Positions 18,420 through 27,479 are shown, counted from the first letter of the stretch. The stretch: 36,387 nucleotides of DNA from a virus (IMGVR_UViG_3300011337_000169:1-36387), one strand, 5' to 3'. Notes: generated by a model from the sequence alone, not told the origin. Numbers and translations are program-made.

Positions 18420-20149
18420 TGGCTACCGCCGATGACTACGCAAAATGGATAGTAACTAACGCGGATAAAAAAGGCACGCCAGAATTTGAAACGGTAACGC
18501 AAGCATATCAAGCGGCCAAACAAGATACCGTGTCGGCCAATGAAATACCCGCCGAACGCCGCCCGCCACCTACAATGGCGGTGGTGACCAGCGCACCATA
18601 TAAAGCCATAGGCGGCGCGGCAGACGTATTACTTAACGCGCCGCAAAACGTAATAAATTTAGCTAAAATGGGCGCAGGCACTTTGGCGACCGCAGCGGGG
18701 TATCCAAATTTAGCGCCGGAAGTAACCGCACCGCCGGAACGCGTTACCAACATGCTGCGTAGCGGGGGTTTAATTAAGCCCACCGAAAATATGACCCCCG
18801 CGCAAAAAGTATGGGATGTTGCGTTGCAGTCCGCTACCGGCGGCATGTTATCGCCAGCTCGTACCGGTGCAGAATTGATTCGTAGCGGTGGTTTAGGTTT
18901 TATCAGCGGCGCAACCGGGCAAGGCGTTGCTGAAGCTACGGGTAGCCCTACCGCAGGTGTTTTAGCTTCTATGGCTGCACCGACCGCACTGGCCGTTAAA
19001 AATCAAATGCGCCAGCCGGCGCAAATGGCCGCAGAACAACGCAACGCCGAACGCGATGCAACCATACGCGCAGCGCAAAAAGAAGGTTTTTTAGTTACTC
19101 CTGGTAGCGTTAGCCCATCCACGCAAAATGTGTTGCTAGAGCGCATAGGTGGCAAACAACGCACAGAACAAACCGCCGCGTCGCATAACCAAGATGTAGC
19201 GGATAAATTAGCGCGCCGCGCCGTAGATTTGCCACCAAACGAGTCGCTTACTTCGGAAAAAATGCAGGCAATTCGTAATCAAGAGTTTACCAAAGGATAC
19301 GCGCCGCTAGAGAGAATTGGGCCTGTAGCTGCGGATAACGCTTACCTAACTAATTTAGCTGATATTGAAAATAAATACCTTGGTGCGTCGCGGTCTTTTC
19401 CCGGCACCGTATCCGATTCAAGTAACCAAGCCATACGAAAAATGGTAGACGATCATTTGGTTTCATCTTTTGATTCAAAACACGCGCTTCAAGAAATTAG
19501 AGCCTTACGCGATCAAGCTAGCAAAAATTTCACCGCAAAAGAAACCGGATTAGCTAAAGCGCAAATAGATGTAGCGAACGCATTAGAAGCGCAGATAGAA
19601 CGGCAGCTTATTGCGTCCAACACCCCAAACGCAAAAGATATGCTCGCACAATTCCGCGCTTCACGCGAAAAAATGGCAAAAGCGCATAACATCGAAGAAG
19701 CAATTGTTGAGGGCGGAGGCAGTATTAACCCTCAAACTTTGGCTGCAATGTTGCAACGAGGCGAAAAATTAACCGGCGATCTAGCTATTATTGCGCGGTT
19801 TGCCAACATAGCTAAACCCGTAATGAAACGTCCTGGTTCTATGGGCACACCCACTGCCGGCTCAACGTTAGGGGATCGTAGCGCGTTAGTTTTAGGTGGC
19901 AGCGGTGGTGTTGTTGGGGCACCGTTTTTAGGTGTAGACCCGATAACGGGTTATCTATTAGGCACGGCGGCCACAATGGCACCCGAAGCAATGCGCGCTG
20001 TTGCGCGGAAATATTTATTGTCCAATGCGGGGCAAAACCGCGCGCTACCTAATTATGGCACTAATGCGCCTATGTCACCGGCGCTACGCAACGCGCTAAT
20101 TGGCTTGCCGGTAGCTCAAGAAAACCAAAACAGATTGGCACCCCAATAA
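18419..20149 (+). CDS. DNA ejection protein 3 (gp16-like position)
   Basis: Ala/Gly-rich with hydrophobic Gly-rich segments; ends QNRLAPQ; synteny. Confidence 0.65.
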   Translation: MATADDYAKWIVTNADKKGTPEFETVTQAYQAAKQDTVSANEIPAERRPPPTMAVVTSAPYKAIGGAADVLLNAPQNVINLAKMGAGTLATAAGYPNLAPEVTAPPERVTNMLRSGGLIKPTENMTPAQKVWDVALQSATGGMLSPARTGAELIRSGGLGFISGATGQGVAEATGSPTAGVLASMAAPTALAVKNQMRQPAQMAAEQRNAERDATIRAAQKEGFLVTPGSVSPSTQNVLLERIGGKQRTEQTAASHNQDVADKLARRAVDLPPNESLTSEKMQAIRNQEFTKGYAPLERIGPVAADNAYLTNLADIENKYLGASRSFPGTVSDSSNQAIRKMVDDHLVSSFDSKHALQEIRALRDQASKNFTAKETGLAKAQIDVANALEAQIERQLIASNTPNAKDMLAQFRASREKMAKAHNIEEAIVEGGGSINPQTLAAMLQRGEKLTGDLAIIARFANIAKPVMKRPGSMGTPTAGSTLGDRSALVLGGSGGVVGAPFLGVDPITGYLLGTAATMAPEAMRAVARKYLLSNAGQNRALPNYGTNAPMSPALRNALIGLPVAQENQNRLAPQ

Positions 20150-20316
20150 TGGCAACCTCTACCGAACTTGACGTTCGCCTGACCTCGCACGAAGCGGTGT
20201 GCGAGCTGCGCTATGAATCTATCAACGCCAGATTAAAACGCATTGAGATGATCGGCATTACGGCGGCTGGTGCCATCATTATGTTACTGCTGCATCTTGT
20301 GACGAAAGCCGGATAG
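20149..20316 (+). CDS. XhlA-like small membrane protein (55 aa; not in the track)
   Basis: RLTSHEAVCELRY..INARLKRIE followed by one TM helix; TAATG coupling. Confidence 0.7.
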   Translation: MATSTELDVRLTSHEAVCELRYESINARLKRIEMIGITAAGAIIMLLLHLVTKAG

Positions 20317-20471
20317 TGGACACGTTTGATATGCTGGTGAAGGCTTGGCCCATCTTGCTGGCCCTAATCACGCTTATCATCGTGCTGTCAAAGATTGACC
20401 TGCGCGTAGCCGTAATTGAGGAAAAGATCAAAACGCTGTTTGAGCTTTGGAACAAAAGGGGCGACAAATGA
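20316..20471 (+). CDS. Small TM plus coiled-coil protein (51 aa; not in the track)
   Basis: GTG start; WPILLALITLIIVL TM then RVAVIEEKIKTLFELWN; overlaps both neighbours. Confidence 0.7.
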   Translation: MDTFDMLVKAWPILLALITLIIVLSKIDLRVAVIEEKIKTLFELWNKRGDK

Positions 20472-21010
20472 AAACACTAATTCTGTTGGCTTTGCTATCA
20501 ACAAACGCGCTCGCGGGCGGCGTCAATTTAATGATCTGTAATGGCGAGTTTGCCTTGTGTGCGGCCTCGGCCAGCGTGCCGACCGGCAAGACAATTCGCG
20601 TGGATGGCAAAGAATTCCAAGAGGGCATGGCCGTCTGCCCAGTGCTAACCGGCAAATCCATCGCTAATTCAGACTTGATGAAGGGTAGCTGCAAGGCACC
20701 GCCGGGCAAGGTCTGGTCACTGTTCTCGACCATCACCGAGTATCCCCAAGCGCCAAGCTGGGCGGTCGTCACCATGACGCCCAGGACGTTTGTCACCACG
20801 ACTGCCGCCGGTGGTGGCATGAGTAACCAGTGGTCGTTCCTGTGCGACAAACAGGCCAAAAAGGTCAACAACGTGCAGCTCGCCAATTGCTACGGCCCGA
20901 TCAACGAAAGCCCGTGGAATAACGGCCATGTGCCGGTAGGCAGCACTTCGTTTACTGCAGCGCCGGTCGGGGCGGCAAACCCTGTCGGCGGTAATGTGCC
21001 GAGTAAATAA
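20468..21010 (+). CDS. Secreted Cys-rich hypothetical protein (180 aa)
   Basis: Signal peptide MKTLILLALLSTNALA; six Cys in the mature part. Confidence 0.75.
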   Translation: MKTLILLALLSTNALAGGVNLMICNGEFALCAASASVPTGKTIRVDGKEFQEGMAVCPVLTGKSIANSDLMKGSCKAPPGKVWSLFSTITEYPQAPSWAVVTMTPRTFVTTTAAGGGMSNQWSFLCDKQAKKVNNVQLANCYGPINESPWNNGHVPVGSTSFTAAPVGAANPVGGNVPSK

Positions 21011-21408
21011 TGCTTCCCCTCGGCGCAATCCTAGATATCGGCAGTAAGCTCGTCGATAAGTTTTTCCCCGATCCGCAGCAAGCTGAACAGGCTAAGTTGA
21101 AGCTGTTGGAGATGCAGCAGAACGGAGAACTGGCGCAGCTAAATGCTGACGTTGCCGAACAACATGAACTGACCGAACGCCTTAAAGCCGACATGGGCAG
21201 CGATTCGTGGCTGTCAAAGAATATCCGGCCCATGACGCTGATCGCCATCTTGACTGGTTACTTTGTTTTTGCTGGCTTGTCGGCGGCTAAGATCGACGTT
21301 AATGAGAGCTACGTGCAACTGTTGGGCCAGTGGGGAATGTTGATAATGTCTTTTTATTTTGGCGGAAGAACGCTTGAAAAGATCATGGATATGCAGGCCA
21401 GAAAATGA
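21010..21408 (+). CDS. Holin (3TM / GTA-holin-like)
   Basis: KFFPDP, SDSWLSKNIRP, YFGGRTLEK motifs with TM helices. Confidence 0.75.
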   Translation: MLPLGAILDIGSKLVDKFFPDPQQAEQAKLKLLEMQQNGELAQLNADVAEQHELTERLKADMGSDSWLSKNIRPMTLIAILTGYFVFAGLSAAKIDVNESYVQLLGQWGMLIMSFYFGGRTLEKIMDMQARK

Positions 21409-21635
21409 AAGACAAGCTAACCTTTATTGTTACCACAATGGTCAGTTTTACGTTGTGCGTGGTCATCGGCGGCATGGTGTTTGCGCTGTGCTACGGTCTG
21501 TTTGATAAAGACGTAAACAACGACGATATATTTGCGCTGCTCGGGCCAGCGTTTCAAACGATTGTCGGCGGGTTTATTGGACTGCTGGCCGGAATAAAAT
21601 TCTCAAATGCAAATGAGGGCGATGATGCTAAGTAA
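21405..21635 (+). CDS. Two-TM membrane protein
   Basis: Two hydrophobic helices, PAFQTIVGGFIGLLAG. Confidence 0.7.
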   Translation: MKDKLTFIVTTMVSFTLCVVIGGMVFALCYGLFDKDVNNDDIFALLGPAFQTIVGGFIGLLAGIKFSNANEGDDAK

Positions 21636-22137
21636 TTTTCCAGCATCACTGGCGCTTGTTCTTCAGTCAGAAGGTGGATTTTCAAATCATCGAAATGACC
21701 CCGGCGGCATGACCAACCTCGGCGTAACGCGCAATGTCTGGAAAGAGTGGGTAAAGCGCGACGTGGACGAGGCCGAGATGCGCGCTCTCACGCCCGAGCT
21801 GGTGACGCCGCTTTACAAAGCGCGGTATTGGGATGCCTGCCATTGTTCGGATTTGCCGCGAGGCGTGGACTACGCTGTATTTGACTCTGCCGTAAACATG
21901 GGGCCAGGACGCGCAGCAAAGCTATTGCAAGCGGCGCTAGGCGTTACGGCTGATGGCAGTATCGGCAGAGCCACGATCGCTGCTGCGACCGCTGCCGATC
22001 CTACGGAATTGCTGGAGGCGTTTAGCCTTGGCAAAGAGGCGTTTTACCAAAGCCTGCCGACGTTTGCGACGTTTGGAAAAGGCTGGCTGAATCGTGTGGC
22101 GCACGTTCAGGATGCTGCGGAACAGATGATGGGCTAG
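21625..22137 (+). CDS. Endolysin, glycoside hydrolase family 108 with PG-binding domain
   Basis: EGGF..H.NDPGGMTNLGVT, FDSAVNMG, FGKGWLNRV. Confidence 0.92.
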   Translation: MLSNFPASLALVLQSEGGFSNHRNDPGGMTNLGVTRNVWKEWVKRDVDEAEMRALTPELVTPLYKARYWDACHCSDLPRGVDYAVFDSAVNMGPGRAAKLLQAALGVTADGSIGRATIAAATAADPTELLEAFSLGKEAFYQSLPTFATFGKGWLNRVAHVQDAAEQMMG

Positions 22138-22256
22138 GTGTTCTTCTCCTTTGCATCCATCTCGCGCAGATCGTTCGCAGCATCGCTGACGCCATGCCAA
22201 TCTTCCTGCCGCACCTTCATCAGCAGGTATTGAATCAATATCTCGCGGTCAGTCAT
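22134..22256 (-). CDS. Hypothetical (40 aa)
   Basis: MTDREILIQYLLMKVRQEDWHGVSDAANDLRE...; ATGA-coupled to the upstream ORF. Confidence 0.65.
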   Translation of the reverse strand: MTDREILIQYLLMKVRQEDWHGVSDAANDLREMDAKEKNT

Positions 22257-22360
22257 CGCATCACCAGCACTGTGCAGATGATGACCAGCACGACAACGAC
22301 AAGGCCGATCCGACCGCAGTCGGCAAAGCCTTCGTTGTAGCCTTCATCGTAATCACCCAT
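22253..22360 (-). CDS. Small single-TM protein (35 aa)
   Basis: MGDYDEGYNEGFADCGRIGLVVVVLVIICTVLVMR; overlaps both neighbours. Confidence 0.6.
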   Translation of the reverse strand: MGDYDEGYNEGFADCGRIGLVVVVLVIICTVLVMR

Positions 22361-22508
22361 AAACCTTCCGATCTTTCACCGTCAGAAAAGACACGCTCTT
22401 GCGCTCAAGGCACGACTTGCACTTCCAAATGCGGCGCGTGCCTCTGGTGATTTTGACCAGCTTGTAACCGGCCTCACGGCGGCAGGACTGGCAGACTGGG
22501 GCAATCAT
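22353..22508 (-). CDS. Zn-ribbon protein (51 aa)
   Basis: CQSC...WKCKSC; ATGA coupling. Confidence 0.7.
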   Translation of the reverse strand: MIAPVCQSCRREAGYKLVKITRGTRRIWKCKSCLERKSVSFLTVKDRKVYG

Positions 22509-22639
22509 TTCTTACCTTTTTTAGCTTTGCGCTTGTACGCTTTCATGCGGTCTTTGAGACCGTCTGCCGACGTGTGCGAGGCGGCGTTACTGTATTTGAA
22601 TTTCTTGTCCGTTAACCGTAACGCTAGTTTCGTTTCCAT
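22505..22639 (-). CDS. Small basic protein (44 aa)
   Basis: METKLALRLTDKKFKY...KRKAKKGKK; AAGGAGG RBS. Confidence 0.7.
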   Translation of the reverse strand: METKLALRLTDKKFKYSNAASHTSADGLKDRMKAYKRKAKKGKK

Positions 22640-22830
22640 TTGGTTGTTGCCTCCTTAAAGAGTTCCATCCGTTCCCGCGTGACGCGCAGGCTGTTATACC
22701 GCTGGTGCAGACGCTCCAGCACCACGATGCGCCGTAGGTTGGCGCGCTCCTCGTTCAGCATATCCAGCACCTCGGCTTCGGTCTTGGTGCCGAGCGTGTG
22801 GTTCAGCTCACGCCAGGTTAGCTTTTTCAA
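22624..22830 (-). CDS. Hypothetical (68 aa)
   Basis: TTG start with GGAG RBS; helical LERLHQRY motif. Confidence 0.7.
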   Translation of the reverse strand: MKKLTWRELNHTLGTKTEAEVLDMLNEERANLRRIVVLERLHQRYNSLRVTRERMELFKEATTKWKRN

Positions 22831-22966
22831 TTTGTGTCTCCAGTTTGGCGATGGTTCGCATCACCTTAAGTAACCCGCGTTTGGCAACCGCATACTGTCG
22901 CTCGCGAATCACCAGTTCCCGTAATGCAACCTTCAGTTTGGCTTTCGCCTGTTCTTGCCTTGTCAT
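22808..22966 (-). CDS. Small coiled-coil protein (52 aa)
   Basis: MTRQEQAKAKLKVALREL...; AAGGAG RBS. Confidence 0.7.
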   Translation of the reverse strand: MTRQEQAKAKLKVALRELVIRERQYAVAKRGLLKVMRTIAKLETQIEKANLA

Positions 22967-22980
22967 TTAATAAACTCCTT

Positions 22981-23457
22981 TTAATTTCTAGCAAAATCAC
23001 CGTGATACTTGGCTCTAACTTCTTCCGCGATAAGCACCGCAAGCTCAAAATCCGTTACGTCTTTACAAAATACACCCCCGTCGTAACGCACCCGCACGCG
23101 CCATGTTTGACGTTGTTTGTTCCAGCTAACATTTTTTACCCCCAAAGCGTTATTTTTTTGCACGGGGCTATTGCGTCGATTTTGACTACGCGTAGCTGCG
23201 CGTAAATTTTCAATTTTGTTATTGCTGCGGTTATTATCTTTATGGTCTATTTCCGCAGGTAGCCAACCGTGATGCCACAAAAAAATTACGCGGTGGGCGG
23301 AATAAAATTTATGCTTTAGTTTTATTTTTACGTAGCCAGTATTTGCTGCTGTCCCCGCTAAAGCGCCTAAACGTACGCGGCGTGATGGCGATATACGCCA
23401 ATACAATTGCCCATCCAAATAATCAAAAAAATGTTTTACTTCATCTTGAGTAATCAT
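22981..23457 (-). CDS. HNH homing endonuclease
   Basis: YSAHRVIF...IDHKDNNRSNNKIENLR...YHGDFA; AT-rich; ATGA overlap with the helicase stop. Confidence 0.9.
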   Translation of the reverse strand: MITQDEVKHFFDYLDGQLYWRISPSRRVRLGALAGTAANTGYVKIKLKHKFYSAHRVIFLWHHGWLPAEIDHKDNNRSNNKIENLRAATRSQNRRNSPVQKNNALGVKNVSWNKQRQTWRVRVRYDGGVFCKDVTDFELAVLIAEEVRAKYHGDFARN

Positions 23458-24791
23458 TTTAAAGAATCCATTGCTAGGTCAGATAAAGAGCGTTTGTCGT
23501 GCAATGCTACGTAAATCTTTTCGTCTACCGTGTCCTCGGTCAGCAGGACGTAAACCCATACGTCATGCCGCTGGCCGCTGCGGTGCAGCCGCCCGATGGT
23601 CTGCTCAAACAGTTCCAGCGACCACGGCAACGACAGGAACACCATGTGACAGCCGCCAAATTGCAGGTTGAGGCCGTGGCCTGCTGACTTCGGGTGCGCC
23701 AGCAGCAGCTCGACCTTACCGGCGTTCCAACGCTCGATGGCGTCCGGCTCGTCCAGCGTCACCGCGCGGGGGTAACGGCGCTGTAGTTCGGCCAGCTCCT
23801 CCTGATACTGGTAGGCGATGATTGTGTTGGCGTGCTGGTTCTCGGCTAGCAGGTCGTCCAGCAGTTCAAACTTGTGGTCGGAAAACCACACCGCCGACTT
23901 GGTGGTGGTGAACTTGCCCGGACGATCGCTCGGCGTGGTGCGGGTGTCGTAGACGAAGCCGCTGCTCATCTGTTGCAGCTTGCCCGTCACCACCCCAGCG
24001 TTCGCGGCTACCGCCTGGGCGTCGGGGAACTGCACCATGAAGTCCTTTTTCATGGCCTTGTATTCCGTCATTTCCATCGTGCAGCGCATCTCAACGATGT
24101 GCAGCGGCGGCAGCTTGTCCTTGTATTCACCCGCGTCCAACACGAACGTCGCCTTGCGGATACGCTCCATGACCATCGGCAGCGCGTCGGCGCGCGGCTC
24201 CCAATCGCCGTAATCCCGATTGATGCAATGGAAATATTGTTGCAGAAAAGCACCCTTGCTGCGCCCGAGGAGTGACTGGTCGATGACCTTGCACTGACCG
24301 AACACGTCCTCCAACCCGTTGCTGGTGAACGAACCCGTCAGCCCCCACCGGATCGGCATGGCGTCCAGCACCTTCAGCAGTGCCTTGAACCGTTTGCCGG
24401 ACGGATTTTTAAGGCGCGTCAGCTCGTCAAACACCACGCCATCGAACTGCAACGGCTGTTCGGCCAGCCATTGCAGGTTGTCGTAGGTGGCGACCACGAC
24501 CTGCACGTTGGCCCGCAACGCCTTGACGCGCTGCGTCGGCGTGCCAATGACCACGGACAACGACAACTCGGGTGCCCACAGCTTGGCCTCCACCGGCCAG
24601 ACCGACTCGGCCACACGTTTAGGTGCGACCACCAGAAACCGCTGCACCACGCCGGCGCGCAGCATGTCGCGCATGGCGGTGAGCGTCAACGCGGTCTTAC
24701 CCGCACCGACGGGTGCGAGGATCATCGCCCTGTCCGACTCGAACAGGAAGTCAGCGGCTATTTCTTGATACGGGCGCAGGCTAAGATTCAT
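23454..24791 (-). CDS. SNF2-family helicase
   Basis: LRPYQ, GAGKT, VFDE, LTGS, SAGHGLNLQ, Q.IGRLHRSGQ motifs. Confidence 0.92.
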   Translation of the reverse strand: MNLSLRPYQEIAADFLFESDRAMILAPVGAGKTALTLTAMRDMLRAGVVQRFLVVAPKRVAESVWPVEAKLWAPELSLSVVIGTPTQRVKALRANVQVVVATYDNLQWLAEQPLQFDGVVFDELTRLKNPSGKRFKALLKVLDAMPIRWGLTGSFTSNGLEDVFGQCKVIDQSLLGRSKGAFLQQYFHCINRDYGDWEPRADALPMVMERIRKATFVLDAGEYKDKLPPLHIVEMRCTMEMTEYKAMKKDFMVQFPDAQAVAANAGVVTGKLQQMSSGFVYDTRTTPSDRPGKFTTTKSAVWFSDHKFELLDDLLAENQHANTIIAYQYQEELAELQRRYPRAVTLDEPDAIERWNAGKVELLLAHPKSAGHGLNLQFGGCHMVFLSLPWSLELFEQTIGRLHRSGQRHDVWVYVLLTEDTVDEKIYVALHDKRSLSDLAMDSLK

Positions 24792-25326
24792 ATTGGACGT
24801 CAAACAAATCGGTGGGTTTTATGGCTATACCATGCACTAAGTGCCCAAGGTCGCGCATTGCGTCGAGCGCCTTTACGTTATCGCGCCCCCATGCAACCAA
24901 CATCGAGCCGCTACCCGCACCACCGCCACCAGTAGCGCCTAGCCCGTCAACAAACTTTACCCGCCCACGCAAAAACAGAATTGCGTCGGCTTTTGCTACC
25001 GAGTCGTGAAACCACGCACAATCTGTTCTGGCAAACACCAAAGCAATACCGTTTCGGTGGTTGTGCATTCGCTTAAGCCACGCCGATGTGTGTTTGCCGT
25101 AAGGAGGATTTAACCAGACGCGCCCGTTCCAAGCCGCAGTCAACCCGTCGTCACATATTGAATACCGCCGTTTGGCGGGTATCCAATCAATCCCGTTTGG
25201 CGGTTGGCAAGGGTCAAGGTCAAAGGCCAAACCAAGACGCTGAAACACCCAAGGCGGCGTGTACCAGTCAACATTGGTGCTATTACGGGGTTCGTGCGAA
25301 AACCCGCCAGACGTTATTTTATCCAC
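24781..25326 (-). CDS. Phage DNA N6-adenine methyltransferase (phage Dam family)
   Basis: DWYTP, FDLDPC, DGL, VWLNPPY, ARTD..WF, GRVKF; GTG start at 25326 overlapping the VRR-NUC end. Confidence 0.88.
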   Translation of the reverse strand: MDKITSGGFSHEPRNSTNVDWYTPPWVFQRLGLAFDLDPCQPPNGIDWIPAKRRYSICDDGLTAAWNGRVWLNPPYGKHTSAWLKRMHNHRNGIALVFARTDCAWFHDSVAKADAILFLRGRVKFVDGLGATGGGGAGSGSMLVAWGRDNVKALDAMRDLGHLVHGIAIKPTDLFDVQYES

Positions 25327-25580
25327 GCGTCCACCTGTTCTTTTGTCCATAAGCATGCGTAGTTCTGTTGTGTGCGGCGCATTTCTTCGGCGAACAAGCC
25401 TTGCAGCTTGGAGCGCCGCCCGTGGGGTGCTTTGAGTTCTACGAACCATGTGCCGCCATTCGGCAAGCAGGCGATGCGATCGGCCACACCGCGCTGCGAG
25501 GGCGACTTGAACTTGTAGGTGCGCCCGCCGCTGCGCTGCACGACCCAATCAAAATAGTGTTCGACTTCTTTTTCTAGCAT
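25314..25580 (-). CDS. VRR-NUC domain nuclease
   Basis: MLEKEVE...GVADRI...FVELK...LQ PD-(D/E)xK pattern. Confidence 0.88.
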   Translation of the reverse strand: MLEKEVEHYFDWVVQRSGGRTYKFKSPSQRGVADRIACLPNGGTWFVELKAPHGRRSKLQGLFAEEMRRTQQNYACLWTKEQVDAWIK

Positions 25581-26018
25581 TTACGTTCCCATCGAATACG
25601 GGAGATGCCCCCGCTGGCTATATCGGCGCGGGGCCGACTCGGTGTATCCCACCCCCCCCCGTGGTGCTATTTCGGCTATTACAGTCCATCCAGCACCACG
25701 CAAGCTAGCGCCGGATTCGGTTCCTTGCGTATACGTTACGCATTTCAAATACCCTAGCGCGGTAGCGGCGCGAACAATGGCGCCATACAGCATAGAGTTT
25801 GCGTTGCGCGTGCCGTCTGTGCAGGTGCGCGTCACTTCTAATGTCAACCCGTTATCAAGCGCGCGCGCAACTGGCCGCCCCGCCGTAGCAATACCCACCA
25901 TGCGTTCACCGTCAAACAGGCCAATACTAAATTTGTGGCCCACCGGAGGCTTGTTGTGCCGGTGATGTTCCCGCACGTATTCTTGCGCGGTTTTTAACGA
26001 TATAGGTCTAATATCCAT
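25581..26018 (-). CDS. XF1762-family (Mom-like GNAT) protein; C-terminus apparently frameshifted at a G9 tract
   Basis: HHRHNKPPVGHKFSIG, GRPVAR.LD.G.TLEV.R.CTDGTRNA.S.LY, ESGASLR.AGW; start ATG 26018. Confidence 0.75.
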   Translation of the reverse strand: MDIRPISLKTAQEYVREHHRHNKPPVGHKFSIGLFDGERMVGIATAGRPVARALDNGLTLEVTRTCTDGTRNANSMLYGAIVRAATALGYLKCVTYTQGTESGASLRGAGWTVIAEIAPRGGVGYTESAPRRYSQRGHLPYSMGT

Positions 26019-26077
26019 GTTTACATCGTAACACGCTAAAAAAGTCTTTGACAAGTATTTTTTATGCAGTCTATAAT
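26019..26077. promoter_or_regulatory. Overlapping divergent sigma70 promoters
   Basis: + strand: TTGACA (26048-53), 18 bp, TATAAT (26072-77). - strand: TTGTCA, 18 bp, TGtTACGAT, then ATG 6 nt later. Confidence 0.8.
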
Positions 26078-26107
26078 CTAGCCTCCACTTCACTAAAGGA
26101 ACCTAAA

Positions 26108-26347
26108 ATGGAAACGAAAGATAATTACTCAGCCCCTACCACCGCCGCCACGACCTACCGGCTCAACGGCATCACATACCTGCCGCACTACCAGCGCCCC
26201 GTCTACGTCGCCCCCGGTCACGTCGAGAAGAAAAGCCGCGAATACACCGCGCATGAGTTAGTGAGTGCCGGTGCCGTAGCGGTGCGTGAGTTTCTGTGGA
26301 CGGGTGGCCCGTTGCGCGGTTCGTTGGTTATTGGGAAGGGCCGCTAA
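26108..26347 (+). CDS. Hypothetical (79 aa)
   Basis: AAGGA RBS and ATG directly after the consensus promoter. Confidence 0.7.
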   Translation: METKDNYSAPTTAATTYRLNGITYLPHYQRPVYVAPGHVEKKSREYTAHELVSAGAVAVREFLWTGGPLRGSLVIGKGR

Positions 26348-26348
26348 C

Positions 26349-27479
26349 ATGGCCTCTCACTCACTGATCGTCGGCGGCTCGACCGCCAAGCGTGTGATGG
26401 CCTGCCCCGGTAGCGTGGCGCTGGTTGCCAAGATGCCGCCGCAGCCCTCCAGCACCTACGCCGACAAGGGGACGCTTCTGCACAACGTGATCAGCGAGGT
26501 GCTCGATCAAGACGTGGCCCCGCACTCGCTGGTAGGCACGACCTACGCCGAGCATATGCTGGACGAGGACATGCTGGACGAGAAGATCTTCCCGGCGCTG
26601 GCGGCGCTGGATGCCATCGACCCAGACAAGCAGATGGAGTTTGCCGTCGAGACCTCCGTCAATTTCGGCAAGTGGCTGCCGGATGCGTTCGGCAGCGCCG
26701 ACTTCTTGGGCCGCATCGGCACGAAGGCCGTCGTGCTGGACTGGAAATTCGGCGATGGCGTGGCGGTGGATGCCGAGGAGAACGAACAGTTGATGTTCTA
26801 CGCCGCCGCAGCCATGCGCTCCCCCGAGGCCGCGTGGGTGTTCGACGGGGCCACCGAGATCGAACTCATCATCGTGCAGCCGCCCGTGACCCGGCGTTGG
26901 GTGACCACGCCCAAGCGCATCCGATCGTTCGAGTTGAGCCTGAAGCGCGCCGTCAAGGCGTCCGCCGCCCCCGACGCACCGCTGAAGGCCGGCGACCATT
27001 GCCGGTTCTGCCCCGCCAAACCGACCTGCCCGGTCATGACCGGCGCCGTTGACCGGGCGACGAAGGTCAAGCTGGACGCCTTGGACAACGACCTGCTGGG
27101 CGTGTACGCGTCCAACGCCGTGCTGTTGCAGGGTTGGATCGACGACCTTCACGCGCTGGTGCAGACCAAGATCGAGAAGGGCGCTACCATACCTGGCTGG
27201 AAGATCGTCGCCAAGCGCGGCACACGCAAGTGGGCGAAAGAAGATGCGGTAGTGCATTGGCTGGACGGCAAAGGTCTCGAAGCCCGCGAAATCTACAGTA
27301 CGGAAATACGCAGCCCTGCTCAAATGGAGAAGGTGCTGAAGAAACGCAAGTTGGCATTGCCCGACGAACTTGTCGTGTCAGTGTCATCGGGCGATACGTT
27401 GGCACCGGAGTCAGATCCGAGGCCAGCGGTTTTGCAAATCGGGCAGCAGTTGACCGCCGCCCTCTCTAAACTTGTCTAG
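26349..27479 (+). CDS. Cas4-like exonuclease (DUF2800 type)
   Basis: CPGS, GTLLH, FGSAD, DWKFG, QLMFYA, HCRFCPAKPTC. Confidence 0.88.
   Translation: MASHSLIVGGSTAKRVMACPGSVALVAKMPPQPSSTYADKGTLLHNVISEVLDQDVAPHSLVGTTYAEHMLDEDMLDEKIFPALAALDAIDPDKQMEFAVETSVNFGKWLPDAFGSADFLGRIGTKAVVLDWKFGDGVAVDAEENEQLMFYAAAAMRSPEAAWVFDGATEIELIIVQPPVTRRWVTTPKRIRSFELSLKRAVKASAAPDAPLKAGDHCRFCPAKPTCPVMTGAVDRATKVKLDALDNDLLGVYASNAVLLQGWIDDLHALVQTKIEKGATIPGWKIVAKRGTRKWAKEDAVVHWLDGKGLEAREIYSTEIRSPAQMEKVLKKRKLALPDELVVSVSSGDTLAPESDPRPAVLQIGQQLTAALSKLV

Noticed and set aside
26349-27479. CRISPR-associated cas4
   Set aside because: Stand-alone phage exonuclease in a replication module; no array or other cas genes.
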